The notes under the pieces were generated by a model that made no database searches, was not told where the DNA came from, and worked only from the letters and a program-made list of their open reading frames with translations. The translations under genes were made by a program, and so were the position numbers. DNA of 64,000 nt, from IMG/VR virus record IMGVR_UViG_3300027795_000039, positions 1 through 64,000 of that record. The stretch is one strand, 5' to 3'. Shown here piece after piece: positions 9,330-19,484 of the stretch (position 1 is the first letter of the stretch; each line of letters begins with the position of its first letter). Source of the stretch: a virus.

Positions 9330-10449
9330 CGTGACACGGTGTGGTATCTGTAGCAGTAGTAAACTAACACCAGTACTAGATCTGGGAGAACAACCACTCG
9401 CAGAGCGCGATACTGGCGAACGATACCCGTTGAAGCTACTGCGCTGCTGTGATTGTTTGCTGGTTCAGCTTAGCTACATCGTGGACCAAGAAACCGTGTT
9501 CCCACCAGATCATCCATACACATCAGGAAACACAGCTGCACTGAAGCGTCATGCTCGCGATCTGGTAATGTCAATTGAGCGTAACCTGAAGATCAATGAC
9601 ATGATCGTGGATATCGGTGCTAATGATGGCACACTTCTATCCGCATTTGCTTACCCGAATAAGTTGAAGTTGGTCGCCATTGAACCAACAGATCAAATTA
9701 ACAAACGTCATAGTAAGCAGATTATCGCGTATCAGGAGTTTTTCACGGCGCAGCTTGCCATGAAAATTGCTGCAAAACACGGCTGGGCGCGAACTATCAC
9801 CGCGTGTAACGTGCTAGCACACGTACCAGATCCACGTGACTTCATGGCTGGGATATCTATCCTGCTTGATGATGATGGTGAATTTATCACTGAGAACCAT
9901 GACTGGGCATCAGTTGAAGATGGACTGCAAATTGACACCATCTACCACGAACATCTGCGTTACTACTCCGTAGCGTCATTGACTCATCTGCTGGAAATGT
10001 ATGATTTCCGGGTAACAAGCGTGGAACCAATTGCAATTCACGGCGGTTCATTCCGAGTACGTGCTCGGAAAAAGATTGCCACACCGTTTACTGACCGAGT
10101 GATGCTGGAGCAAAGTGCCATCCAAGACATCGTTTACGCAGCGAGTAATCATGGCCCAGTATACGGCATCGGAGCCACCACCCGCGCTACACCACTTATT
10201 CACTTCACCAACATTGCCGGTTACCTGGACCGAGTGTGTGAGGTAGCTGGCAGTGATAAGATTGGTACCACCATTCCAGGCACGAACATCTCCGTGGTAG
10301 ATGAAGCGTGTCTGGTAACAGATCAGCCACCATTCGCGTTGTTGTTGTCTTGGCATCTAGCTGATGATATCATCCCGAAGATCCGAGAACTCGGGTATTA
10401 CGGCAAGTTCATCATACCACTACCAGAAGCGAAGGTTATCGATGGCTGA
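9322..10449 (+). CDS. NDP-hexose C-methyltransferase
   Basis: N-terminal Zn site CGIC...CCDC, DIGANDG, DTIYHEH, HGGS, LLSWH; architecture of sugar 3-C-methyltransferases. Confidence 0.85.
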   Translation: MGNVTRCGICSSSKLTPVLDLGEQPLAERDTGERYPLKLLRCCDCLLVQLSYIVDQETVFPPDHPYTSGNTAALKRHARDLVMSIERNLKINDMIVDIGANDGTLLSAFAYPNKLKLVAIEPTDQINKRHSKQIIAYQEFFTAQLAMKIAAKHGWARTITACNVLAHVPDPRDFMAGISILLDDDGEFITENHDWASVEDGLQIDTIYHEHLRYYSVASLTHLLEMYDFRVTSVEPIAIHGGSFRVRARKKIATPFTDRVMLEQSAIQDIVYAASNHGPVYGIGATTRATPLIHFTNIAGYLDRVCEVAGSDKIGTTIPGTNISVVDEACLVTDQPPFALLLSWHLADDIIPKIRELGYYGKFIIPLPEAKVIDG

Positions 10450-10798
10450 CCGGTTTGAAGATGAACGTGGTGTAATCAAGGACCTTCTTGTTACTTCACT
10501 GGATGGGGTAACTGAAATTTTCACAAAGAAAGGCGCTGTTCGCGGTAATCATATTCACAATGATACCGTGCAGTGGACCTACATTATATCGGGTAGCATG
10601 CGGATGGTTGCGCGTTACCCTGATGGTTTTATTACCGATAAGGTATATAGCCCAGGAATGATTGTCTGTGATGAGCCTCGAGTGGCCCATGCCTGGAAGG
10701 CTCTGGAAGACACAAAGGTTCTCGTATTCACCAAGGGACCGCGATCTGGACAAGCATATGAGAGCGATACGCAACGTCTAGAAACATCACTTTTGTAA
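10442..10798 (+). CDS. Cupin sugar isomerase/epimerase (WxcM/FdtA-like)
   Basis: FEDERG, VRGNHIH, PRVAHA; ATG 10442 overlaps the upstream stop region. Confidence 0.75.
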   Translation: MADRFEDERGVIKDLLVTSLDGVTEIFTKKGAVRGNHIHNDTVQWTYIISGSMRMVARYPDGFITDKVYSPGMIVCDEPRVAHAWKALEDTKVLVFTKGPRSGQAYESDTQRLETSLL

Positions 10799-10832
10799 AA
10801 TTACTGTTAAAAACAAAGAGAAAGTAGAACGC

Positions 10833-11699
10833 ATGAGCGCCAACAAAGCATATATCACTATTAAAGGTATCAATCAGCAAGCAGCGTCACTATCTACACT
10901 AACTGATGTTTTTACCGAAGAAACACTTAACACTTCACTATGGACATCATTTAATGACGCTGATTCTAGCGCGATTACAACAGATGATGGTCTAGTTGTT
11001 GATACTACGGCCACGGTAGATTCAACAACGGCTGGCATATGGTCCAATACCATTTATAATCTAATTGACAGTGATATCACTATTAATGTCGTAGACGTTA
11101 GCGAAAGCATTTTGACATACGGTGACAAAACAACTGCAGGTATTATACTAAATACAGCTAAACCAAATATTGATGTTACCACAGGAACTGCTATTACTTT
11201 CTACATATCTGAAGGTAACCTTGCTGGTTCATATTACATAAATGGCGACAGGACAACAGAATTTAGTATAGCGTATGATTCATCCACAATGCAATGGCTT
11301 CAGATCATTGAATCAGATGGCGTCGTTTATTTTAACACATCGCCTGATGGTTCAATGTGGACAACACAAGGATCGTTCGCAGATCCATTTAATATTACTG
11401 CATTGTATGCTGGACTTGCCGCTATTGATGCGGGTGGTGATGTAACTGGTAGTATTACTTTTACAAGTCTTAATTCTGGTGCATCACCAGCAAATGGAAC
11501 GGCAGTTATATATGTTACAGCTATTATTATCACTTGTGATGGCGCAATCGTAGCTTCACCAGGTGTTAATCTACCGGAAGTGATTCCAGTGGTGTTTAGT
11601 TATGGTGCTTCTAATCAAGATATCCGAGCTGCTATTTGGGCTGCAGTACAGTCTGCTGCAGATGATGTCACACTCAACGTTAACCTAGTGACTGATTAG
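10833..11699 (+). CDS. Beta-sandwich (lectin/virion-like) protein
   Basis: Thr/Ser/Asp-rich, AT-richer than neighbours; WLQIIESDGVVYFNTSPDGSMW. Confidence 0.55.
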   Translation: MSANKAYITIKGINQQAASLSTLTDVFTEETLNTSLWTSFNDADSSAITTDDGLVVDTTATVDSTTAGIWSNTIYNLIDSDITINVVDVSESILTYGDKTTAGIILNTAKPNIDVTTGTAITFYISEGNLAGSYYINGDRTTEFSIAYDSSTMQWLQIIESDGVVYFNTSPDGSMWTTQGSFADPFNITALYAGLAAIDAGGDVTGSITFTSLNSGASPANGTAVIYVTAIIITCDGAIVASPGVNLPEVIPVVFSYGASNQDIRAAIWAAVQSAADDVTLNVNLVTD

Positions 11700-11734
11700 A
11701 CAGCAAAAATTAGTCGACAGGTGAGTGTGATGCA

Positions 11735-12520
11735 GTGATATACGATTCATTTATGTTGAATGACGAACTTGATGTTTTGAAAATGCGATTGATCGAATTC
11801 GATAGCTACCCAGAGCTAGTGACTCACATCATCGTAGAAGCGCCTATGACCCACCGTGGTAAAGTAAAACCGTTGCATTACCAAGAAAACGTTAAAACAT
11901 TCGCGCGATGGAGTAATCGTATTGTGGCTATCACCGCTAACGAATTGCCATCGCTTACCAAAAATCCAGACCCATGGTCGAGAGAACATGCTCAACGTGA
12001 ATATGTTCATCGTGGTCTGGTAAACGCTAAACCAGATGACATCATTATTCATGGTGATGTAGATGAAATTCCACGAATGAATGCGCTAGAAGAAGAAGTA
12101 AAACTAGTACGCGAATCACCAAATGACGTATTTGTACTCGGTATGAGTCTTCACTGTAATGCCGTTGACTGGGTGGTACCCAATGGTTATGAATGGAAAG
12201 GTACAGTTGCCAAGCAGCACGGTAATGTAGTTTACTCATTCAAAGAAATGCGTGATCTACGTGCTTCTGCATCAGTAGTGCATAATGGTGGCTGGCATAT
12301 CAGTGGACTAGGTGGACCTGAAGTACAACGACATAAAATCGAAGAACTAACTTGTCATCTAGAGCTACCAGAAGAATTCAAACACTCGGTAGCATCAGGA
12401 CAGGCATACCGTGAAGGTAGTCTTGGTGATATCCAGCAGATACCACTGGAATCACTAGATGATATGCCACAGTATATACGAGAGCAACATTGTCCAGCTA
12501 ATTGGTTCCGGCCCAAGTAA
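11735..12520 (+). CDS. GT17-like glycosyltransferase
   Basis: IYDSFMLNDELDVLKMRL, W.REHAQR, GDVDEIP, GWH. Confidence 0.8.
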   Translation: MIYDSFMLNDELDVLKMRLIEFDSYPELVTHIIVEAPMTHRGKVKPLHYQENVKTFARWSNRIVAITANELPSLTKNPDPWSREHAQREYVHRGLVNAKPDDIIIHGDVDEIPRMNALEEEVKLVRESPNDVFVLGMSLHCNAVDWVVPNGYEWKGTVAKQHGNVVYSFKEMRDLRASASVVHNGGWHISGLGGPEVQRHKIEELTCHLELPEEFKHSVASGQAYREGSLGDIQQIPLESLDDMPQYIREQHCPANWFRPK

Positions 12521-12544
12521 AAACTCAGTGAAGGTATCGTTTCT

Positions 12545-13480
12545 ATGAAAGTATGTCACATCGTTAATTCATTTGATCCTGCGTGTGACGTGTTGCGATG
12601 CGTTCGTGAGCTAAATCTGTACAGCCGGCACTCTCATACTCTTCTTGTGAAAGAACCACATCCACTACAATACGTTTACCAGTATGAGCAGCCGGAAAAA
12701 CCCGGTTGGCTGCTGCCATTCCAGGAAATACTGAAGATGATGGATGAGGCAGATATTCTTATCTACCACTTCGTTGGCTGGGAAAATGGCTGGAGTAACG
12801 AGTCAAAGCCATCTGCATTCCGAAACGTAAATATCTACTACAACCATGATGAAGACCGGTTCTGGAGCTCACCAGACTATAATGCTGCGTCGTATGACCG
12901 CTACAAGCTCGTGGCTTCATCTCACGTCGGTGCTGTAGACTTCATGCCAGATAACCGGTTCCGGTGGCTACCAGACTTGCTGCCACTCGATGGCGCCTAC
13001 TCGTTTTTCCCAGCAAAACGGCCGCGACCAGCCATTAGTTATATCAAACATGCTGATGAACTGCAAAAGTATGACCTTAAAGGTAGCATACATCATATCG
13101 ACTGTTCTCATACCGCTCATGCTGATGTCCTCAGAAAGCGTCAGTCATTCGCTTCCGTGGTAATTGACAACGTATGTGATGGACATTATGGACTAGCAGG
13201 ACAGGAAGCTGTCATCATGGGTCTGCCTGTGGTGGTATTCAATCACGAGAAAACGCTGGCAACAATTGGTGACTGGGAAGTATCCAATACGATCTTCCCG
13301 TTTATCCAGGCTACGACGGTAACAGAAGCAGCTGATATCGCCACGTTGTATGCTAAAAAAGCTGGACGATCACAGCGTCTTCACCGGCAGATGATCCGGA
13401 ACTGGGCTGAGGAATTCCTCGATCCACGTGTTCTCATCGCCGCGTACTGGGACCCATTCATCGAGGAGCTAGCAGCTTAA
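12545..13480 (+). CDS. Putative GT-B glycosyltransferase
   Basis: VVIDNV..GHYGLAGQEAVIMGLPVV. Confidence 0.65.
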   Translation: MKVCHIVNSFDPACDVLRCVRELNLYSRHSHTLLVKEPHPLQYVYQYEQPEKPGWLLPFQEILKMMDEADILIYHFVGWENGWSNESKPSAFRNVNIYYNHDEDRFWSSPDYNAASYDRYKLVASSHVGAVDFMPDNRFRWLPDLLPLDGAYSFFPAKRPRPAISYIKHADELQKYDLKGSIHHIDCSHTAHADVLRKRQSFASVVIDNVCDGHYGLAGQEAVIMGLPVVVFNHEKTLATIGDWEVSNTIFPFIQATTVTEAADIATLYAKKAGRSQRLHRQMIRNWAEEFLDPRVLIAAYWDPFIEELAA

Positions 13481-14113
13481 ATGATCCGTATCTCCGTGCT
13501 TTGCCCAACCCGTGGTCGGCCAGAAATGCTGAAGAAATCCATCGCGTCACTACTAGATAACGCTGATGATCCTGATCAGGTTGAGATTCTACTTGCGGTA
13601 GATCCAGATGATGAATCATCATATGATGACGTACTTAACATTGTTGGTATATCTGCTTGGCCAGCACCACAGCGTTTTGGTTACCAGAACCTACACCGAT
13701 ACTACAACGAGCTTGCTCGCCAGGCGTATGGTGAGTGGTTGTTCATCTGGAATGACGATGCAATCATGAAAACCAGTGGCTGGGATACCGTGGTGGTTAA
13801 TCACGCACCTGCGTTGCTATTTTCACCACCAGAAGAAGCACCACATTGCAACGCGTTTCCTATCATACCGACAATATGGGCACGAGTGTTGGGCCACCTT
13901 AGTCAGGGCGCGTACGTGGATACCTGGCTACAAGTAATCTGTGAGCAACTCGGTGTACAGGAAAAGGTACCCATCGAAATTGCTCATCATGCACCACCGG
14001 ATATCACCTGGCAACAAGGTCGTGCGATAACACCATTTGGTGGGCCAGAGCTTGAGCCAGGTATGACGCGAGACACAGAGAAATTGCGTGAATACCTTAG
14101 AGGAATTCAATGA
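13481..14113 (+). CDS. Glycosyltransferase family 2
   Basis: ISVLCPTRGR, WNDD motif. Confidence 0.8.
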   Translation: MIRISVLCPTRGRPEMLKKSIASLLDNADDPDQVEILLAVDPDDESSYDDVLNIVGISAWPAPQRFGYQNLHRYYNELARQAYGEWLFIWNDDAIMKTSGWDTVVVNHAPALLFSPPEEAPHCNAFPIIPTIWARVLGHLSQGAYVDTWLQVICEQLGVQEKVPIEIAHHAPPDITWQQGRAITPFGGPELEPGMTRDTEKLREYLRGIQ

Positions 14114-14754
14114 ACCGGCCGCACATCAGCGTTATCATACCAACTGTACCTGGCCGTGAAGATCACCTGAGGCGATGTGTTGGTGCCTACACGGCTCTCA
14201 TTGCTGATTATGATGTTGAACTCATTATCGAGTATGATCATCCCACTTGTGGTATGGCTTGGCAAGCTGGCTGGGAAAAATCAACTGGTGACTTTATCCA
14301 CCTTACCAACGATGACATCGAACCGAAACCAGGCTGGCACGCACCTGCCATTGAGGCAGTAGAACGTGGTTTCCTACCCGCACCACTTGTCTTCGATCCG
14401 AGTGGTGCACCACGTTCCTGGCCAGTGGTAGGGCAAATCGGCGAGGACTGGGCGCCGGTACACATGAGCGCACTTCCATTCGCTTCACATGCGCAGATGG
14501 AGAAGATTGCGCCGCTGTTTACCGCTCACTACTACACCGATGACTTTTTCTCCACCCGAGGTATCATGGCTGGCTGGCCGTGTGTGCTTCGTACTGGCTA
14601 CGCGTTCACGCACTGGTACGCACAGGTGAAACGTGGCGCGGGTATGAGTGAGCCAGCGCGAATGGATTACGACCGAGGCTTGTATGAAAGAGCCATGAAG
14701 ATGGTGGAAGATGGCACCTGGGATAAGCCATGGCCGCCAGGTGGTCACGCGTGA
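14110..14754 (+). CDS. Glycosyltransferase family 2
   Basis: ISVIIPT, TNDD, YYTDD. Confidence 0.8.
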   Translation: MNRPHISVIIPTVPGREDHLRRCVGAYTALIADYDVELIIEYDHPTCGMAWQAGWEKSTGDFIHLTNDDIEPKPGWHAPAIEAVERGFLPAPLVFDPSGAPRSWPVVGQIGEDWAPVHMSALPFASHAQMEKIAPLFTAHYYTDDFFSTRGIMAGWPCVLRTGYAFTHWYAQVKRGAGMSEPARMDYDRGLYERAMKMVEDGTWDKPWPPGGHA

Positions 14755-15560
14755 TTTACGATCTATTTCTCTTTAATGATGAACTTGACATGCTCGAGTG
14801 TCGACTAATTGAGTTTGATCAACGTGATCGAAATAGCAGTGAACCAGTCATCCACGTACCTATTGAGGCACCATTCACTCACCGTGATGAACCGAAACCT
14901 CTTTATTGCCGCAGGAACTGGTCACGGTTTGAGCGATGGCATGAATGGCTGTTGCCGATCGTCGCGAAAGAGCTGCCAACGGCTGCCGAAAATCCAGACC
15001 CGTGGTCGCGGGAACACGCCCAACGTGAATATGCTGGTAAAGCACTGGAAGCACTTAAGGCGAAACCCGATGATGTGGTTCTTCATGGTGACGTAGATGA
15101 GATTCCACGAATGAATAAACTCGTTGAAGCGTGTCAGCTAGCCCGAGAAAATCAGATCACTGTCCTCGAGATGCGATTGCACTCATATGCAATTGACTGG
15201 TACGCCGATAAATACCCGTGGCGCGGCACAGTCGTAACTGCGATAAAAAACTTGCCGGCGAATTTTACTCAATTCCGTGATATGCGTAATCTGGTAAATC
15301 CGATATGTGATGCTGGCTGGCATCTGACGTGGCTCGGTGGTAACGAGGCAATTCAGCGGAAGTTGAAAACGCACTGTCACCTGGAGATGACAGCTGAAGA
15401 AGAGTACTGGCCTGCATCTGGCCAGTCATACCACATGGGACGAACACACGGTGGTATCATCCAAATACCAGTCGATGACCTAAGCGATTACCCGATATAC
15501 ATCCGTGAGCGAATGTGTCCAGAGTCATGGTTCCGTCCACGTTACGATGAGGTGCAATGA
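14751..15560 (+). CDS. GT17-like glycosyltransferase (paralog of 11735..12520)
   Basis: IYDLFLFNDELDMLECRL, NPDPWSREHAQREY, HGDVDEIPRMN shared with the paralog; GTG 14751. Confidence 0.8.
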   Translation: MIYDLFLFNDELDMLECRLIEFDQRDRNSSEPVIHVPIEAPFTHRDEPKPLYCRRNWSRFERWHEWLLPIVAKELPTAAENPDPWSREHAQREYAGKALEALKAKPDDVVLHGDVDEIPRMNKLVEACQLARENQITVLEMRLHSYAIDWYADKYPWRGTVVTAIKNLPANFTQFRDMRNLVNPICDAGWHLTWLGGNEAIQRKLKTHCHLEMTAEEEYWPASGQSYHMGRTHGGIIQIPVDDLSDYPIYIRERMCPESWFRPRYDEVQ

Positions 15561-16006
15561 GCGAACTAGCTAAACTGAACCTCGGTAGTGGTATCGACGC
15601 TATCCCCGGTTATGTAAATGTAGATTCTGTTGCCATACTCGGTGTTGATGCGATCTGGGACCTTAACCAAGAACCGTGGCCGTGGGCTGATGAAAGCGCA
15701 TCAGAAGTCCGCGCGTATGATGTGTTCGAGCACGTTGATGATCCGTTGTTGTTCATGCGAGAGTGCTATCGAGTACTCGAGTATGGTGGGTTGCTGAACA
15801 TGCATACTTGCTTCTGGAAGAGCCAGAACGCTTTTACCGATCCCACCCACAAACGATTCTGCACTGAAGAAACGTGGGATTACTGGATACCGGGAACGTA
15901 CCTACATAGCCGGTATGGTGCGGCGTACGCTGGTAAAGTGGCTTTCGTAAAGGAGATAGTGGCGCTGGATGGAACTGAACTCGCGATTCAGCTCAGGAGA
16001 GCCTAA
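15557..16006 (+). CDS. Class I SAM-dependent methyltransferase
   Basis: LNLGSG, VFEH, DPTHKR. Confidence 0.8.
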   Translation: MSELAKLNLGSGIDAIPGYVNVDSVAILGVDAIWDLNQEPWPWADESASEVRAYDVFEHVDDPLLFMRECYRVLEYGGLLNMHTCFWKSQNAFTDPTHKRFCTEETWDYWIPGTYLHSRYGAAYAGKVAFVKEIVALDGTELAIQLRRA

Positions 16007-16760
16007 GCAACCAGTTGTCTTTACCGCGTTTAACCGGCCGAATTACCTGCGCCGCGTGCTGCGAACCTGGTCGCAAGTGCGCGGTATCGAACGAACTGAA
16101 CTAGATTTTCACGTAGAACCAGACCAGCCAGCAACTCTAGCCGCGATTAGCGAAACTGCCACGTTCGCACCCATGATCATCAAAGCCAATGATCGTCATC
16201 TCGGTCCACAAGCCAATCCGTTTTACACTATTCAATGTGCATTTACGAATGCGTTTTCAAATCCATCACCACGTGACTTCGTGATCTTGGCCGAGGATGA
16301 CTTCATCGTGTCGACTGATATCCTCGAGTACCTAACCTGGGCACGCGATGAATTCTACCATGATGAGCGTGTGATCGCTGTGTCCAGTACTCAATTCGAA
16401 GAACAACCTGGTGGGTTGTCACAGGTCATGCTCATCCCGAGTTGGACTGGCTGGGTGTGGGGAACCTGGCGAGACCGGTGGGAAAATATGATCGCGCCGA
16501 ACTGGACATTTAACCACGAGTATGGTGGCTGGGACTGGAAGATGGTTCGATACTGGTGTGGTGAACGCGGATATCTCACCGCAGTACCAGCGCTGTCACG
16601 ATCGCAACACATCGGTAAACACGGCGGTAGCTATACCACGCCTGCTGCGTTTGCGGCTCACACCTCACGTTGCTTCGTGTCTGAGGTGCCACCGCAAGCG
16701 TACACCTGGGATCGAGACGCGGTACCACAAGCGATTTCGTACCACCATACTAATACATAA
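15969..16760 (+). CDS. GT-A fold glycosyltransferase
   Basis: FTAFNRPNY, LAEDD, WGTWRDRW, GWD, SRSQHIG. Confidence 0.75.
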   Translation: MELNSRFSSGEPKQPVVFTAFNRPNYLRRVLRTWSQVRGIERTELDFHVEPDQPATLAAISETATFAPMIIKANDRHLGPQANPFYTIQCAFTNAFSNPSPRDFVILAEDDFIVSTDILEYLTWARDEFYHDERVIAVSSTQFEEQPGGLSQVMLIPSWTGWVWGTWRDRWENMIAPNWTFNHEYGGWDWKMVRYWCGERGYLTAVPALSRSQHIGKHGGSYTTPAAFAAHTSRCFVSEVPPQAYTWDRDAVPQAISYHHTNT

Positions 16761-16997
16761 TTTAGTTATTGTTTGTTTTGCGAACTTAGCCATGGCTACC
16801 GCATTGGTATGATTCTTCGTGAGCAATGAAGCGATGCCAGTGACAGCTGCCGGGATCAAGATATACAAAGCAACCTGGACTGGTGCAGGCACCGCGCCGT
16901 GAAACGCGTATGTAGATAGCGCCCATGTGGCCACACCGCTGATGGCACCAGCGATGGTACTGTAAGTGGGAGCTGTTGGTGTGGGGATGTTAGTCAT
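16665..16997 (-). CDS. Putative holin
   Basis: Two TM segments, small size, end of the lysis region. Confidence 0.55.
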   Translation of the reverse strand: MTNIPTPTAPTYSTIAGAISGVATWALSTYAFHGAVPAPVQVALYILIPAAVTGIASLLTKNHTNAVAMAKFAKQTITKLCISMVVRNRLWYRVSIPGVRLRWHLRHEAT

Positions 16998-17016
16998 ACC
17001 ACCTCACGTTTAACAA

Positions 17017-17865
17017 TTAAGACGGTGCCAGTTGCTGGATCATACCGGGTGTCACCTGCACGGTCAGTTGTTCACCAGTAATTTCCTGGTAATCCGTTTG
17101 TAGCTGCGCCAGGTCGATACCAGCGAGAAACTCCGCACTACCAAAGTACTCGGGCCAGATGACTACCCAGGCTTCATCCACACCGTGAGCCCAGTACTCG
17201 TCCGTAAAACTTGTTTCGGTTGCCCAGGTGATAAACCGTTCATCTGCTCCCATGGGTGCTGTTGCTGACCAGCCGTATCCACCCGTGATGACCGAGTGTC
17301 CGCCTGCGTCCTTGCTTCCCTTTACCCAGTTCCACGGCTGGTTCTTCGCGAATTGTGCCATGTTCGCGTTCTGCACATCAATACCAGTCCAGATGTAGCC
17401 GAAGATAGCGATAGCGGCTTTTACCTCATCAGTGTTCATCGGATTAACCGCGGCAAACGCGGCAGCTTGACTGCCATCCGGACCAGGGTTGTTGACCAAA
17501 TACTCGAGCAGTGTCTGGATATCCATTCCATCATCTTCAGTGCTACCAGGACCGTCCGTGTCTTCAGTTCCAGCCGGGTTAAACTTCGGGTTTTGGGTTT
17601 GGTAAAGCTGCCATACCTGGGTCTGGCTGGGATACACCGGCTTACTCGATAGCTTGGTTGTCACCAACCGCCGCACGTTCGCCCACGTAACCGCGACACA
17701 ATCACCAGCGACGTCATTACCCAGTTCCTGCCAGCCACCATTAAGCTCAGCCAGGTAATCTGCAGCCACTGGATGTACTGGAACAACACCAGTTAGGAAT
17801 GAGGCCAGGCGGAGGCTAGGCGCGCGCTTTGGTGCTCGGCGACCGAATTTACCGGGATGTTTCAC
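17017..17865 (-). CDS. Papain-like cysteine peptidase-fold protein
   Basis: GND..GDCV, GGHSV, ITWA. Confidence 0.65.
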   Translation of the reverse strand: MKHPGKFGRRAPKRAPSLRLASFLTGVVPVHPVAADYLAELNGGWQELGNDVAGDCVAVTWANVRRLVTTKLSSKPVYPSQTQVWQLYQTQNPKFNPAGTEDTDGPGSTEDDGMDIQTLLEYLVNNPGPDGSQAAAFAAVNPMNTDEVKAAIAIFGYIWTGIDVQNANMAQFAKNQPWNWVKGSKDAGGHSVITGGYGWSATAPMGADERFITWATETSFTDEYWAHGVDEAWVVIWPEYFGSAEFLAGIDLAQLQTDYQEITGEQLTVQVTPGMIQQLAPS

Positions 17866-18035
17866 TTCATTGTACCTGGCATCAATATGTCAATGCGAGG
17901 TCGTGGCAACGGTCCAGTAAAATGCTTTTCCGGTTGGGTTGTTGAAACAAACATCTCACACGTTCGTTCGATGGTCAATTCACCAGTAGCTTTATCAACA
18001 GGCACATATATAAGTGGAGTCACTTGCATTCCTCT

Positions 18036-18755
18036 TCAACCATTTAGTAGCGCCAGATCAGCTTGCAACGCTGCTAGGTTGATACCGTGGCCGTCATCAG
18101 CAGCGGTGTTTATCTCTCCGGTGATGACGGCCCACGCTTCATCCGCGATCCGGTTCCACGCAGGGTAAGCGATCTTCTGAATCGCGCCCCAGGTTACCGC
18201 GTACAGGTACTGGTCATCATATGCCACGATTGGGATACAATGACCACCTGCCACCTTTCCAGCAGCTGTTTGCATGGTCCACGGCTGGCCATTGCTAAAC
18301 GCAGTTTGCATGGCACTGTAAACAGTGATACCGGTGTAAGCGAAGTCGTACGCGTCGATGGCAAATTGCAATGTTTGGATGTCTGACACAGTAACTGGCG
18401 CGTAAGCGGTTACGGTATGACCGTAGTAACCACTTTGTTGCACGTATTGCAGATACTGGGAGAGGACCACACCATCATCCTGGCCACTCGTGTATGCTAG
18501 GTAGTAACTAACTGTTTCCTGGTCAGTTGGAAATCCTTCAACATGATCTGTGTCAGTGGCATCAGCCATGAAACCGTGTTGGAGTCCCGCAACACCGCAG
18601 TCACCCACCGAGTCATTTCCGAGCATGCCCCAGTCTGCGATATCAGGTATCGCTACTGATGCAGGTGGTGTGGGAAGCGAACCAGCACGATAGTATGTTA
18701 GGTCACGAAGTCCAGCAGGGAAAAGTGCTGGTTTCCGACCGAGCTTAAGTGACAT
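18036..18755 (-). CDS. Papain-like cysteine peptidase-fold protein (paralog)
   Basis: GNDSVGDCG, GGHCIPIVAYD, VTWG. Confidence 0.65.
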   Translation of the reverse strand: MSLKLGRKPALFPAGLRDLTYYRAGSLPTPPASVAIPDIADWGMLGNDSVGDCGVAGLQHGFMADATDTDHVEGFPTDQETVSYYLAYTSGQDDGVVLSQYLQYVQQSGYYGHTVTAYAPVTVSDIQTLQFAIDAYDFAYTGITVYSAMQTAFSNGQPWTMQTAAGKVAGGHCIPIVAYDDQYLYAVTWGAIQKIAYPAWNRIADEAWAVITGEINTAADDGHGINLAALQADLALLNG

Positions 18756-18823
18756 GTAAACAGTTCCCATCCAGCTGTGGTATAATTATCTTATTAACTA
18801 TTCATCCATGCTGAGGAGCACGT

Positions 18824-19411
18824 GTGCGTATTTCGTTGCCGGTAATCGCGGGTTCCATTATCGCGGCAGCAACACTAAGTGGCTGCCAGGGCAGCCTAGG
18901 TAGTGCAGCTGGTGCCAGGTTCCTACCAGGTCATGGTTATGAAGCTCAAGGTCAGATTCATCCACATGATGAAGATAAATGGTGCTTGACGACCAGTACA
19001 ACCGCATCAACCACGGTTAACTATGACCCAATCTATGTGGAGCCATGTACCACAAACAATGATGTACGGCAAATATGGCACATCGTGCAAGTCAGCGGTG
19101 TCGGTCAAATTCAGATGTACGCTGCACCATTTTCCATTGGCCAGCACGGTGCACTAACCACCGCTCGTCTGATCAAGAATGATAGTAGTGAAGCGACCAA
19201 GTCATTGTATACGGTTACGCTCACCGAGGTACAGCACGAGTGGTGGACCATCACGCTACCCACGTTTCGATTTAAGGGCGGTGCGTACTTGACAACTCCC
19301 AAGAATTTGAATGGTAAGACTGATATTTATGGAGTGTATTGGCAGTCATCACAGCCACCAGCTACAGCAAACCAAAACTGGGATTTGCCGGTATTTCACG
19401 AGGTAAACTGA
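18824..19411 (+). CDS. Ricin-B-lectin-like lipoprotein
   Basis: Lipobox LSGC; WCLT...EPC...QIW, QNW repeats. Confidence 0.6.
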   Translation: MRISLPVIAGSIIAAATLSGCQGSLGSAAGARFLPGHGYEAQGQIHPHDEDKWCLTTSTTASTTVNYDPIYVEPCTTNNDVRQIWHIVQVSGVGQIQMYAAPFSIGQHGALTTARLIKNDSSEATKSLYTVTLTEVQHEWWTITLPTFRFKGGAYLTTPKNLNGKTDIYGVYWQSSQPPATANQNWDLPVFHEVN

Positions 19412-19421
19412 CATCACATGA

Positions 19422-19450
19422 TGTACATCGATATCACAGTATGGTATAAT
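19422..19450 (+). promoter_or_regulatory. Sigma-70-like promoter
   Basis: TGTACA-N17-TATAAT. Confidence 0.7.
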
Positions 19451-19484
19451 GATATCAGGAAGTAGGAACGAAAGAAGCGATAAG

